Source: a virus (taxonomy: Duplodnaviria; Caudoviricetes). From it: a DNA stretch of 64,000 nt. Position 1 is the stretch's first letter, and every line of letters starts with the position of its first letter. Where the stretch lies: positions 33,240 to 97,239 of the IMG/VR virus record IMGVR_UViG_3300012983_000038; one strand, given 5' to 3'. Below the pieces are notes generated by a model. The model did not search any database, was not told where the DNA came from, and was given only the letters and a program-made list of their open reading frames with translations. A program made the position numbers and the translations under genes. Below are positions 19,413 through 28,506 of this stretch, piece after piece.

Positions 19413-22400
19413 GTCAGGGTCAGAACGAATTAGATAACAGGACAAATCAGATAATTTCTGGTAAAGCTGCTAATGGAAATGATTATGCTGGATTACAAGC
19501 TGCGCAACAACAGCTTATGGCAATTCAAGCAGAGCAGCGACAAAATTTAAATGTTGCTAGGGCAGAGGCTAATAATCTAAGTGCTCAAAGGAATATATTA
19601 GCTCAGGCAGGTGCAATGGCTGCAATGACATCCCAAGCTAATCAAGGTGGTCCAGTTCAAGGAAGACCATTAGTAGTTAATCCTGCTACTCAAGCTGTTC
19701 TAGGAAAATTTGGAGTAGGTCAACCGAAAACTATTAGATCACAAAATCAACAAGTTACTCCTCAAAATGTAGTAATAAATAATAACTATACTACTAATAA
19801 TAATGTTACTGTCCCTGCTAATATTGGAGGACCGATTCAAGGTAGGCCACTTCAATTTAATAAGCCACAAGAGGATAGTATGGGTAAGTTCAGAAATTGG
19901 ATGAATGCTGCCCTAGCTAAACAAAGTGAGGAGGCCCAGAAAAGAGATCAAGAGTATATTAGGAGAGAATGGTCTTTGACTAGATCTGCTAATAAAGTAA
20001 TTAAAAAGATAGAGGATTATGCTAAATCATTTGGAGAAAAAATTGATCCAAAGAGAATTGGTTCTACTATCGGATCTCAAATTAAGTCTATATTATTAAT
20101 TTTCGGACTTGGTGTATTATCTGCTAACTGGAAGAAGATATTAACAACGGTAGCCAAAATTGAAAGAAATATTAGAGGCTTTGCGGATTATTTAGGTATT
20201 TTTAGTGATGATCCTGGAAAATCTAGATTCCATAAACACGTAATTAAACTTCTAGGTGGTACTGATGAAGATGAGAATGCTTACGTTGCCTTAAAGAAGT
20301 TGTTTGTTGGAGATGGAAGTGGTAAAGATGGTGGCGGAGTATTTGGAACTGTTAAAATGTACTTCGAGGATCTCATTGCAGATAGAAAGAATGCAGTTGA
20401 AAAAGCCTTATCTGACAAACCAAAGGTAGGATTAAATGTTGCTGATTCATTAGGAAATATTGCTAATTATATTGGTGGTATTATTAGTGCAGCATTTACG
20501 GGAAGTAAAGGTTTAGCCAACTCTACTGGAACTAAGATTGCTAATGAAGGTAGGGCTGAGGCTTCTAGAGAATTTTCCACTCAATCTTATCGTAATGGAG
20601 GTAGCTTTAGAACAGATAGTGGTGAAATGGTTGATACTACGATAGGTGTTGGTTCTCACTTAGCTGGAAATAGTAGTGGTAGATTCTTTGAAGGCATGTA
20701 CAATAAGAATTCAAATGAGTATAGTGTCGGATTAGGATCAGATATTACTAGATTGATTAGTGATGCTCAAAAAGGTCATGTAAAAACTAATCAAATGGCT
20801 GCTACTATGATTGACTTACAAAATGCTGCCAGAAATAGAGAATATGTTGCTGTTCCTACTTCATTAGTTGACAGTCTATTTTCTGCTAAAGAGGTTGCGA
20901 ATTTCAAGAGACAGAAGATGGTTCGTGATGCATTCTTTAGGGTAGTAGCAGTTAAAAAGTCAGCTAAGCAAAGAGAATTAGATAAGGCAATATACGAAAC
21001 TCAATATCACGCTGAGTATGCTGAAGGTGTAGGTTTTGTTGGTGATCTTGGAGTTACGGCGGCATTATCTACTGTAACTGCTGGATTAGGATCAGTAGGA
21101 GTAGCTGCTAAAGTTGCTTCAAATTCAAGTAAAGTTGCTAATTTTGTTGGTGGTACAGTAAAGAAAATTAAAGGAGCTAGAGCAGCGGCAGCAGCTAGAA
21201 GTGCAACAGCTAAAGGTATTGGTAAAATTAAGACGGCAGGTAATGTTGCTAAAAAGGCTGCTGGAGTAGGCACAATGGCATATTATACTGCAGATAATAC
21301 TATAGATAATTTCAATGAATCTGCGGTAGCTATTAAAGAAAGTAGATTAAGAGATAAGTCAGAATCTAGCTTTATTAATAGATTGATTGGTGCAGATTAT
21401 AGTAAATTTGCAAACTTCGCATCTGAATATACTACAGAGATTAGACGAGTTCCACCAAAAGAAGCAGGCGGAAAGGACGTATATCATCTTTACGAAATTA
21501 ATTATGCAATGGTCCAGGAAATTAACAAGAGATTATCTGGACAATATGATGCCTCTACTGATAATGCTGACTTCTTTACTGGACTTGAACAGAATCTACT
21601 AGGAATGAGTGGTTCTAAGGAAATCTATATTACTGGAGGAAAAACACAGGCTGAAACTTGGGAAGATTACAACAATATGGTAGCTGAAAAAGAGTCTAGA
21701 GATCAATTAAGAGAAGCAAATTCAGAGAAAAATGAAAGAGCACAGAGATCTAAGGAGGCTATTGGAGAAGTTGTTGGAAATGTTACTAATGCAGCTAAGG
21801 AATATGGTAATAAAGTAAAAGATGCATTAATAGAAAAAGGAAAAGAGGCTGCTGCTAATGCTGAGGCTGGTGCATATAACATGAAACAGAACCTTAATAA
21901 TTGGGTAAAGAACGGTAAGCCAAAAGAGGGTGACGATAATTATTACTACGGCGGATCTTCTTCATCATCATCTAGCAGCTCAAGTTCTCCTAGCAATCAA
22001 ACTAATGGAAAAGGATCAATTATCAGTAATAGATACGTCAATACAGATAGAATGACTAAGGCTATAGATTACTTGAAAAAAGAGCTGGGAATTAATGATG
22101 TACAAGCCGCCGGTATTGTAGGTTGTTTATATGCAGAATCTCACTTGAATCCAGAATCTATTAATAAAGATGAGAAAGCAGGTGGAAATCCTAATGTAGA
22201 CAAAAATTATTACGGAGCTGGATTACCTCACTGGACACATAAGGAGAGAAAAGATAAAATTCTTAGCTACTTACAAGAAACTTCAAAGACTAAGGGAACA
22301 AAGATAGAAGATTTTGGATTTGAAGACCAATTAAGAGCTGTTGCATGGGAAATTAAAAATGATAGGAAAACATTCTTAAAAGTACTAAAAGAAAAGCAAA

Positions 22401-22909
22401 CTGTAGAAGATGCTGCCGATGCTACGTTAAGAGGGTATGAAAATGGTACTACTGATAAACTAGCAACTGTAGATAATATGGGTTGGAAAAGATGGAGTGA
22501 AGGAATGTACGATAGAACTAATGGTCGAGGTCATCATGCACTAAAGGCTATTCAAGTATATAATGAAGATTCTAATGGTGGATCCCCTCAATTTACTTAC
22601 TCTAATAATGTAAACCCTACTAGCATATCAGTTAATAAAGGTGGAAATTCTAGTAGTCAATCAAGCAGCTCAACAGACGTAGCAAGAACTGTTAGTAATA
22701 TTGATAACGTTTCTAATACTGACATCTTAGTTAGCATGAATAATAATCTAGTTAATATTAGTTCTAAGCTAGATTACGGTAATGAGATAGCTAGAGTTAA
22801 TACAGAAGTTGCAGCCGCTCAAGTAGATGCTATTAATAATTCTAATGGTTCTAAAAGTGTGGCAACTCATTTAGCAAAAAAAGAGGTAATCCGTAGCAAA
22901 ACAAGTTAA
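19409..22909 (+). CDS. Tape measure protein with C-terminal phage tail lysozyme domain
   Basis: 1166 aa; Ala/Gln/Gly-rich helical protein with a hydrophobic segment; C-term AAGIVGCLYAESHLNP..YGAGLPHWT..R..EDQLRAVAWEI..YE (Phage_lysozyme2-type). Confidence 0.8.
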   Translation: MSQGQNELDNRTNQIISGKAANGNDYAGLQAAQQQLMAIQAEQRQNLNVARAEANNLSAQRNILAQAGAMAAMTSQANQGGPVQGRPLVVNPATQAVLGKFGVGQPKTIRSQNQQVTPQNVVINNNYTTNNNVTVPANIGGPIQGRPLQFNKPQEDSMGKFRNWMNAALAKQSEEAQKRDQEYIRREWSLTRSANKVIKKIEDYAKSFGEKIDPKRIGSTIGSQIKSILLIFGLGVLSANWKKILTTVAKIERNIRGFADYLGIFSDDPGKSRFHKHVIKLLGGTDEDENAYVALKKLFVGDGSGKDGGGVFGTVKMYFEDLIADRKNAVEKALSDKPKVGLNVADSLGNIANYIGGIISAAFTGSKGLANSTGTKIANEGRAEASREFSTQSYRNGGSFRTDSGEMVDTTIGVGSHLAGNSSGRFFEGMYNKNSNEYSVGLGSDITRLISDAQKGHVKTNQMAATMIDLQNAARNREYVAVPTSLVDSLFSAKEVANFKRQKMVRDAFFRVVAVKKSAKQRELDKAIYETQYHAEYAEGVGFVGDLGVTAALSTVTAGLGSVGVAAKVASNSSKVANFVGGTVKKIKGARAAAAARSATAKGIGKIKTAGNVAKKAAGVGTMAYYTADNTIDNFNESAVAIKESRLRDKSESSFINRLIGADYSKFANFASEYTTEIRRVPPKEAGGKDVYHLYEINYAMVQEINKRLSGQYDASTDNADFFTGLEQNLLGMSGSKEIYITGGKTQAETWEDYNNMVAEKESRDQLREANSEKNERAQRSKEAIGEVVGNVTNAAKEYGNKVKDALIEKGKEAAANAEAGAYNMKQNLNNWVKNGKPKEGDDNYYYGGSSSSSSSSSSSPSNQTNGKGSIISNRYVNTDRMTKAIDYLKKELGINDVQAAGIVGCLYAESHLNPESINKDEKAGGNPNVDKNYYGAGLPHWTHKERKDKILSYLQETSKTKGTKIEDFGFEDQLRAVAWEIKNDRKTFLKVLKEKQTVEDAADATLRGYENGTTDKLATVDNMGWKRWSEGMYDRTNGRGHHALKAIQVYNEDSNGGSPQFTYSNNVNPTSISVNKGGNSSSQSSSSTDVARTVSNIDNVSNTDILVSMNNNLVNISSKLDYGNEIARVNTEVAAAQVDAINNSNGSKSVATHLAKKEVIRSKTS

Positions 22910-22914
22910 ATTTT

Positions 22915-24339
22915 ATGAAAGTTAGTAATAATAAACATGGGTGGTACTATGACAATGATCTAAAAAACCCGATAACTTGCTGTTCTCTTCATCCTAATGC
23001 TTGCAGATATACTTACACTACTTATGATACAGAAACTCAACGAACTATAGAAGGCGATCAGAAAATTTATGGACCTGAATGGATGAGTATACCAGAAAGA
23101 GACTTGTTACTAGATGAAAGAGAACATAATAACGTATATAGTTCTCCTTCTAGGGCTAACTATGGCTATTCAAAGTATCCAATCTGTAGAAGTATTTTAG
23201 CTGAGGATTTTAATGTTACTATTGTTAATGAGTGGACAGATTTTGGAGGAGATATTTTTGGTAATGTATGGAATGAGTTTAAACCACTTGCTCCATTTGC
23301 CAATAAAATCGTTAATACTCTATCTGATATGGAAGAAGCTCAGAATAATATGACACCTGAAGAAAATAATTTAGTAGATAGTCATTATAGTTCTAGTTTC
23401 TTAAAGCAGTTAACAGTAGATCTTAAAAATGCAGGAGAAGATATTCAAGATTACCTAAATAGATCTCTTGTAGTACAGGGAGCTAGATTCTCTTATTATA
23501 ATGGTACTGGTCTTGAGTTCTCTAATTTAGGAATGAGATTTACTATATTTCCTGAATGGCGTAAAGAAGGTGATAGATGGGTATTTAAATCAGTTATTGA
23601 TCAAGTTGAAGAAATTTATCCGTATGTAGTAGGTGAATTTAAAAACGTTAGCGAGGATTATACTGATACTTCTAATAAACTTGGAGCACTAGTGAATAAA
23701 ATTGTTGATACTACTAAAGACGCTTCTGGTATTGATATAAGCAAAGGTATTAGTAATGTCAAAGAGCTTATTTCATGGCAACTTCCTCCTGGTGGTTTTA
23801 AGGCAGATGTTAGAAATGTAGATAGTACTCAATTTGGAACTTTATTGCTTAGATTAGGTCCTTTTTATGAACTGAGAAATCTAGTAATAAGTAATGCCAG
23901 CTTCAGTTATTCTAAGCAAATGGTAAAAAATCCAGTTTTATATGGAAAAAATCTTAGCAACTCCTCTAGATCAGCTATATCAGGAGTAGGAGGTGGAGAT
24001 GTATTATTTAGTCCATTATATTGTGACGTCAACCTAGTATTAAAACCTGCCACAAAATATTCAGATGTAAGTTTGAAGAAGTTTGCAGCAGGAGCAGGTA
24101 GAACATATGACAAGGTTATTACACACGATACAATGCTAGGAAAATTGGCTAACATAGAAAATAGCTACAAGACGGGATTATATAAACCACCTACACCTAA
24201 GAAGAGTGAGGATAAAGGTACTAAGGATAAGAATAAGGAAACTAATTTATCAGCATTAGGAATAGGTGGAGGTATTGGTGCAGGAACTGGTGCAGCAGGG
24301 ATTGGTTTAGGAGGATTAACTGGAAAGGATAAAGGATAA
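22915..24339 (+). CDS. Baseplate tail-tube initiator-like protein (gp48/gp54-like) with Gly-rich C-terminal tail
   Basis: 474 aa; follows the TMP; LLLRLGPFYELRNLVISNASFSYSKQ..PLYCDVNLVLKP tube-fold pattern. Confidence 0.6.
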   Translation: MKVSNNKHGWYYDNDLKNPITCCSLHPNACRYTYTTYDTETQRTIEGDQKIYGPEWMSIPERDLLLDEREHNNVYSSPSRANYGYSKYPICRSILAEDFNVTIVNEWTDFGGDIFGNVWNEFKPLAPFANKIVNTLSDMEEAQNNMTPEENNLVDSHYSSSFLKQLTVDLKNAGEDIQDYLNRSLVVQGARFSYYNGTGLEFSNLGMRFTIFPEWRKEGDRWVFKSVIDQVEEIYPYVVGEFKNVSEDYTDTSNKLGALVNKIVDTTKDASGIDISKGISNVKELISWQLPPGGFKADVRNVDSTQFGTLLLRLGPFYELRNLVISNASFSYSKQMVKNPVLYGKNLSNSSRSAISGVGGGDVLFSPLYCDVNLVLKPATKYSDVSLKKFAAGAGRTYDKVITHDTMLGKLANIENSYKTGLYKPPTPKKSEDKGTKDKNKETNLSALGIGGGIGAGTGAAGIGLGGLTGKDKG

Positions 24340-24341
24340 AA

Positions 24342-24650
24342 ATGTACAGAAGAAGTAAAACATTGAACTCGGAATTTGAAGATCTGAGTAATTATATAGA
24401 AGGCAGTGATGTATATAATTCTGTGTTATTAACGGCAATATCAGATCCAAATTTATATAACGAGACCTATGAGATAACTGTATATGAGTATCGTCCAGAT
24501 CTAATAGCCAAGGATTTTTATGGATCTAGTAAATATTTAGGATTATTATTAGTACAGTGTCCGCCAGGTTTAGATACATATAAGCGAGGTAATAGATTGA
24601 AGTTAATATCTAAGACTACGTTAGATAATATACTGTCAAAGATTAAATAA
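24342..24650 (+). CDS. Baseplate wedge LysM-like protein (T4 gp53 / P2 gpX-like)
   Basis: 102 aa; YEITVYEYRPDLIAKDFYGSSKYLGLLL motif. Confidence 0.8.
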   Translation: MYRRSKTLNSEFEDLSNYIEGSDVYNSVLLTAISDPNLYNETYEITVYEYRPDLIAKDFYGSSKYLGLLLVQCPPGLDTYKRGNRLKLISKTTLDNILSKIK

Positions 24651-24732
24651 GAAAATAGCCCATGAGAGAATTGCAATAAGATTCTATAGTTCGATCTGCT
24701 CATGGGTACTAAGAAAGGAGGGAAAATAATAG

Positions 24733-25809
24733 ATGTCAGCAATAAGGACGCCTAGGAATTTTAGTATAGAAGTTCGGCCGTTTACAAATTCTGGATATTG
24801 GAGATTAACCTATATAACATTATTTGAGAAGTTAGGAGGAGAATTACCAACGGGGACGGCAGAATTTTGGAACGATGGATCAAACGAGTCATTAGAGTTT
24901 ATAACGAAAGTGACATCAGGAGAGATATTGATAACAGATGAAGAAAATGGGGGAAATCAGTTTAAAATTCCGTTCCATATTACCTGCCGAAATCACTTTA
25001 ATAATATGTTAGTGATAAGTTTTGCATGTATAGAGGATAAGAGGTTTTATACAGATAGGAAGTCATTAATATACAGAGATGGAGTTGAGTCGGCGATAAT
25101 AAATACGTATCCAGGTCCTATAAATATTAAAGTATCTAGTGGAATAATGAAAGATCCTCCTGTAATATATCAAATGTGTGAGACTGATTATGAACTGAAC
25201 AAGAGATTAATTAGGTCATTTAAGTATAACACAGTATATGGTTATGGCTGGGATGGGTTAATTATAAAGGATGTGATGGGTAGTAAAGGAAATGGGACTG
25301 TAGATTATGAGATAGTAGGAGGATCTATAATGAATAACAAGACCTCTCCGAAATTAAAATATAGCAGTACATTAAATCACGAGCCTTTTTTACCATTTCA
25401 ATCTAGTATTAATAAAGATGAAGAGAGCACAACCATACTAGATCATTATAAAGAGGAGCCTGAAAATTCTAGGATAATAATGGATTTTGAGAATTATCAC
25501 ATAGTAGGTAAAAGTTTTGAAGAGATGATGATTAATACTGAGAAGAACACTAATCTTTTAACTAGTGGAGGATTTTCGGATGTTATTATTTCAGGACCAA
25601 TAATGCCTACTTACAGACTAGGAGATTTAGTTAAGTATGAGAATTTTGACAAGACTAAGATTAAATATCCCTTCAACAAATATATAGTAGCATCAAATGA
25701 GTTATTCTATTCAACGGAGGAGAGTAATAAGGTTGATGAGATTGGTTTAAAATTTTCATGGAATACTAAATTAATAGGAGTAGAAGAAGGCGAGTGGAGC
25801 AAGGATTAA
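24733..25809 (+). CDS. Baseplate hub protein (gp27/gpD-like)
   Basis: 358 aa; ITLFEKLGGELPTGTA.., YQMCETDYELNKRL, YRLGDLV; between the LysM and spike genes. Confidence 0.65.
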   Translation: MSAIRTPRNFSIEVRPFTNSGYWRLTYITLFEKLGGELPTGTAEFWNDGSNESLEFITKVTSGEILITDEENGGNQFKIPFHITCRNHFNNMLVISFACIEDKRFYTDRKSLIYRDGVESAIINTYPGPINIKVSSGIMKDPPVIYQMCETDYELNKRLIRSFKYNTVYGYGWDGLIIKDVMGSKGNGTVDYEIVGGSIMNNKTSPKLKYSSTLNHEPFLPFQSSINKDEESTTILDHYKEEPENSRIIMDFENYHIVGKSFEEMMINTEKNTNLLTSGGFSDVIISGPIMPTYRLGDLVKYENFDKTKIKYPFNKYIVASNELFYSTEESNKVDEIGLKFSWNTKLIGVEEGEWSKD

Positions 25810-25826
25810 AATAGAAGTTTATATTT

Positions 25827-26471
25827 ATGGCAGTTTCTAATAATATTGAGTATTTTATAGGAGTAGTTTCTTATATTGAAAATGACCCTTATGGACTATT
25901 GAATGAGAAGAGCAAGGAGTATCAGGAAGTAGTTTGTGATATACCTGGAATAATAGAAGGAATAAAAGCATATCCAAAGAGAACAGGCAATGATGATCCG
26001 CAGGTAGGAGATAGGGTATTATTGTCAAGTTTAGATCCTGAATTTCACTCTTACTGGATTTATGAGAAACTGATGGAGAATGGTTTTGTAGGTATTAGAA
26101 GTAGGGGAAAGATGATTGATATAACTGAGGAGGAAATATCTATAGGAATTTTTAACCCTAATGACAAATACCCTGATGCTTATAGACCAGTACCAGACTC
26201 TTACATCAAAATAAAAAATGATGGAAATATAGAAATAAGCTCCTTCAATAAAATAGATGTTAAGGGAGTTAATGTGAAAGTAGAGGGAGAAAATATTGAA
26301 TTAGATGGAGTTAATATTGATATAAAAGGTAATAATGTTAATCTAGATGGCATTGTTGTACCTAGTGAAGATATGAGTGGTCCATTTAATTGTATCCCTA
26401 TTTGTCCATATACAGGTCAGCCTCATTGTGGAAAAACTATAATATCTAAAAATAAGAAAGGTAATGAATGA
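25827..26471 (+). CDS. Baseplate central spike (gp5/gpV-like)
   Basis: 214 aa; OB-fold (PQVGDRVLL), beta-helix repeats (IDVKGVNVKVEGENIELDGVNIDIKG), Cys/His tip CIPICPYTGQPHC. Confidence 0.75.
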   Translation: MAVSNNIEYFIGVVSYIENDPYGLLNEKSKEYQEVVCDIPGIIEGIKAYPKRTGNDDPQVGDRVLLSSLDPEFHSYWIYEKLMENGFVGIRSRGKMIDITEEEISIGIFNPNDKYPDAYRPVPDSYIKIKNDGNIEISSFNKIDVKGVNVKVEGENIELDGVNIDIKGNNVNLDGIVVPSEDMSGPFNCIPICPYTGQPHCGKTIISKNKKGNE

Positions 26472-27615
26472 AAATCTGAAAAAAGCTATAGACTCTCTTG
26501 CTGAAAATCTTTATGACATTTTTATTAAGGATATTGTGAAAAAGACTTCTATTCCGGATGAGCTTATTCCTAGTGAAGATGATGTAGTGAAGACAGTTAC
26601 CGATTTCATAAATAATTATAAGAAAAGGAAAGAAGAGAAAAAGAAAAAAGAAGAGGAAAATATTAATAAACTTTCTGAAAACGATAAAGAAAAGGTAAAA
26701 ACAGAAGAGAATCCAAAAATCAAAGAGGCAGAAGATGAACATGCTGCGGCTAGGGAGAAGATGAAAGGTATAATGATGAAAGGAAATGAGAGGGTAGCCG
26801 ATGTTAAAAAAGATACTGAGGAAAATCTTAAAAAATCTATGTCTGATAAAAAGAATGAGATTAAAAAAGATTTGAATCAAGTGGAAATTGACTTAACTGA
26901 CTTGATCGAACAGACTGGTGAATTAGGAAGTACTATATTACAAATTCCTAACGCAGCTATTAGTACTGGACCTACGGGAGTTAGTACTAGTCCTGGAAGT
27001 GTTGTAATTAATCTGAAAAACCTTAACGAAACAGCTAGAAATATTTGTACTAAAATTGATAAAATACAAGAAACTATAGATAAATATGAGCCTTTTATTG
27101 AGAAACTAGATGAGGAAGATGAAGATGCTAAGATAGTAAAAGAAGCAGTAACAGAATCTTTAAAAATTATCCAAAGTGTAATAGCTAGTATAACAATCTT
27201 AGTAGCTATAACTGGTCAGGTTCCTTCTAGTTGTAAAGATTCTAAAGTTATAGAAGATGCAAAAAAGGCTAAAGAAGAATTGACTCCAGAAAATATGACT
27301 CCTCCTTCTCAAAAATCTTGCTTAAATTGTAAAAATATTAAAGTTGATGATGAGTCTAAGCAATATATGAGTTTTACAAAGCAACTTATTTGGGATAATT
27401 ACGTAAATATTGGAGGAGTATTACCAGAGACTGATCCTAATTATGGAGTTTATCAAGAATTAGTTAAAGTAAAGAATGGAAACTGCCCTTATAACTCTTG
27501 TGAATTCTGTAAATTTGCTAGAGACGTTAGAAACAATGAAAAAATAAAAGAGCAGATAATACAATATCCAGAAGAGAATCAATTAGGCTCGTTCTGTAAA
27601 AATAATACTAACTAA
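26464..27615 (+). CDS. Hypothetical coiled-coil protein with C-terminal Cys cluster
   Basis: 383 aa; charged coiled coil, hydrophobic IIQSVIASITILVAI, CLNC..CPYNSCEFC..C. Confidence 0.6.
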   Translation: MNENLKKAIDSLAENLYDIFIKDIVKKTSIPDELIPSEDDVVKTVTDFINNYKKRKEEKKKKEEENINKLSENDKEKVKTEENPKIKEAEDEHAAAREKMKGIMMKGNERVADVKKDTEENLKKSMSDKKNEIKKDLNQVEIDLTDLIEQTGELGSTILQIPNAAISTGPTGVSTSPGSVVINLKNLNETARNICTKIDKIQETIDKYEPFIEKLDEEDEDAKIVKEAVTESLKIIQSVIASITILVAITGQVPSSCKDSKVIEDAKKAKEELTPENMTPPSQKSCLNCKNIKVDDESKQYMSFTKQLIWDNYVNIGGVLPETDPNYGVYQELVKVKNGNCPYNSCEFCKFARDVRNNEKIKEQIIQYPEENQLGSFCKNNTN

Positions 27616-27624
27616 AAAGAAAAT

Positions 27625-28440
27625 ATGAGCGATAATAAATACTTAAACGAAAGTGGATTATCTAAACTCTGGGAATTAATTAAAGATAGATTCCAAGAAA
27701 AAGGGGCATTAGGAAGTGAGATAGTTTCTATTGAGGTTATAGATAGTAATAGTGGTCTTAATTATAGTGAAGAACATCCCTATCATTTTGGAAGATCTAG
27801 TGAGGATGTTGAAGGGGTTAGTTATGACGCTCCACATTCATTATTTATTCACCCAGATACCGATGTGATATATTTTCATAGTGTAGGAAGTGATGGGAGT
27901 AAAGCAAGAAATCAAATTTGTAGAATCTATCCTATAGGTAATACTTCTTTTACTAATGGAAAGAGAGTTACTTTAATAGGGAGCTTTAGTATAATTCCTA
28001 GCGGTACAAGTAATGATAAATCTTCTGTATTAGGTGAGTCAACTGAGTTTGTTATAGATCCATATCAATATTCTAGAAACTTAATTGGAAAGAATAGTAA
28101 TGATATAACAGAGGAGAATACAGTTAATTTCAATGGCTATGCTCCTGGAACTACTGATCAAGTTACGGAGTCATTAGAAGACCAGGCTGATATAGATAAA
28201 CAATTTAAGAAAGAGTTTATTTATTGGAACAGAAAGTGGTATTCTTGTGATTATAATTTTATTCCAACTGCTAATAGTATTAGTTATGGTAATTATTATC
28301 CTGTAACTTCAGATTTATTAGCTAAGCAGGGATATGTAGATAATCAAACGTTATACCAAGAGTTAGGTGGTAAGGAGGAAGCATTAGACTGGATTACTAA
28401 TACAGAAATAGATACATTAATTGACGATATTTGTAGTTAA
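27625..28440 (+). CDS. Fibre-associated protein with N- and C-terminal docking-like motifs
   Basis: 271 aa; KYLNESGLSKLWELIK ... EFIYWNRKWY ... WITNTEIDTLI. Confidence 0.6.
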   Translation: MSDNKYLNESGLSKLWELIKDRFQEKGALGSEIVSIEVIDSNSGLNYSEEHPYHFGRSSEDVEGVSYDAPHSLFIHPDTDVIYFHSVGSDGSKARNQICRIYPIGNTSFTNGKRVTLIGSFSIIPSGTSNDKSSVLGESTEFVIDPYQYSRNLIGKNSNDITEENTVNFNGYAPGTTDQVTESLEDQADIDKQFKKEFIYWNRKWYSCDYNFIPTANSISYGNYYPVTSDLLAKQGYVDNQTLYQELGGKEEALDWITNTEIDTLIDDICS

Positions 28441-28506
28441 TCCTTATACTTGGTGCGTTCTGAGAATAGTTTAAGCATTAACTAAAATATATTATCTTAA
28501 GAAATC

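Noticed and set aside
21955-21995. Poly-Ser tract in the tape measure protein
   Set aside because: Ordinary low-complexity linker before the lysozyme domain; mixed codons, not a slippage repeat
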